Under the pieces are notes generated by a model. It saw only the letters and a program-made list of their open reading frames with translations. It had not been told where the DNA came from and did no database searches. A stretch of DNA of 64,000 nucleotides. It comes from Dimorphilus gyrociliatus. Lineage: Eukaryota; Animalia; Annelida. Shown here piece by piece: positions 62,881 through 64,000 of this stretch (position 1 is the first letter of the stretch; every line of letters starts with the position of its first letter). The translations under genes and the position numbers were made by a program. The stretch spans positions 682,001 through 746,000 of the forward strand of contig CAJFCJ010000021.1 of the NCBI GenBank assembly GCA_904063045.1, given 5' to 3'.

Positions 62881-64000
62881 TAGCAGTTAAGGTAACAGCA
62901 ATGGGACAATTCCTTTCCTGAAATATAAGTAGTAGCCTAATTGAATATAGAGAGAGAAAGAGAAGAAAAATGCAAAAAGTAGACAAGAATAAAAGACTAA
63001 ATATATAGTATATATATAAAGATATATATTTGTGTATGTATGTGAAAGAGAGTTCCATCTTTACCGTCTACAAAAAAAAAACCAAACGAATCACGTGATC
63101 ATCTGTGCGAACGAACTTTGTTTTTCTTTGCCGTTTTCTCTGTAAAATACGCTGATAGATTTAGAGAAATTTGACTTTTGTATAAATTATTAGGTTTAAA
63201 AGATATTTAGGAAATAGAATGATTGCAGTAGCTGTTTTATATTGTATATATATATATATATATATATGTTCGGTATCTCTTACTATGCCACCCATCACAC
63301 TCGCAAATACCCATTACTTTTTAGCCCTGTCCAATGCAACATTTCTGTTGAGAAAGCGCTTTTGGAGACTAGTAGACGACGGGAAACATCTCTGATTTCC
63401 CTGGGGAATCTTTTCGCCTCTTATTTTCTTTTTAGGAAGGAGGGGAAAGCGGTGCAACCCGGCGTTTTACATCACCCGACCTTCACCTTGCGTGATAATC
63501 AATGTTGTGAACATATGTTACCGAAAACATTGTATTTAAAAAGAACGAGACAAAAAAGACTACGTCCATATGTACATAAAACTTGAATCTCTCGCCAATA
63601 ATTTATTGCAAGTAGGCCAAAATGTTTGTCTCTTATTGTTAGCGTAGAATAACAAAACGGTCAAAACGTAAGGTTAATTACTTAATATCAAGTTTATCGT
63701 ATAAAATAGGAGTATGTATTGTCGTATATAGATATATAACGAATATAATGCTTAGCTTGTAATATTATTATCTCAGCAAATTATATTTAAGATAATAAAA
63801 AAACAATATATGTATTATATATGCATATTATAAATATGTATTAAGGAAACATAGGTAAACAATTGTTTTTAATACTATAATAAAGAATGAAGAGAAAGGA
63901 AATGTTACTATTGATATACACATGAATATATATATATATATATATAATGTATACAGCATATATATGCATATATACATATATATATATATAATTAATTTGA

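Noticed and set aside
12671-63586. Dozens of 60-130 aa ORFs in the ORF track (F/L/S-rich or Y/I-rich)
   Set aside because: They are translations of (CT)n, (TA)n and poly-T tracts, with no recognisable motifs or splice-consistent structure.
50555-64000. Search for ZMIZ coding exon 4 (expected LLSSWCEELGRLLLLRH-like)
   Set aside because: No matching frame was found; candidates near 57465 and 63436 do not resemble it. The exon presumably lies beyond the window.
1-64000. Transposable elements
   Set aside because: No transposase or reverse-transcriptase motifs, long terminal inverted repeats or LTRs were recognised. Short degenerate remnants cannot be excluded without a repeat library.

Overview
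AT-rich metazoan (probably invertebrate) genomic DNA with many TA/GA microsatellites; the species cannot be identified from the sequence alone. The first 12 kb is gene-dense with mostly ~55-100 nt introns. It holds a 4-exon fatty-acid-binding protein gene (+, 271-1614), a divergent 10-exon NUF2 kinetochore gene (-, 1872-3912) and an 8-exon USP3-like deubiquitinase (+, 4366-7289); NUF2 and USP3 share a ~450 bp divergent promoter. Next come two intronless, tail-to-tail paralogous genes (+ 9689-10363, - 11426-12100), each encoding a 224-aa predicted secreted protein with six aligned cysteines. Their helix pattern resembles long-chain class I helical cytokines (IL-6/G-CSF/Unpaired type), and this pair is the most interesting candidate for an undescribed system. 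About 33 kb with no recognisable coding exon follows, then the first three coding exons of a ZMIZ1/tonalli-like gene (+, 45572-50554), which continues beyond the window. The non-coding part carries many CTCF-like motifs, a 4-copy ~40-bp Pbx/Hox+Fox-like module and other repeated motifs, suggesting a large regulatory landscape. All family assignments come from manual translation and remembered reference sequences, and motif counts were made by eye; no searches were run.
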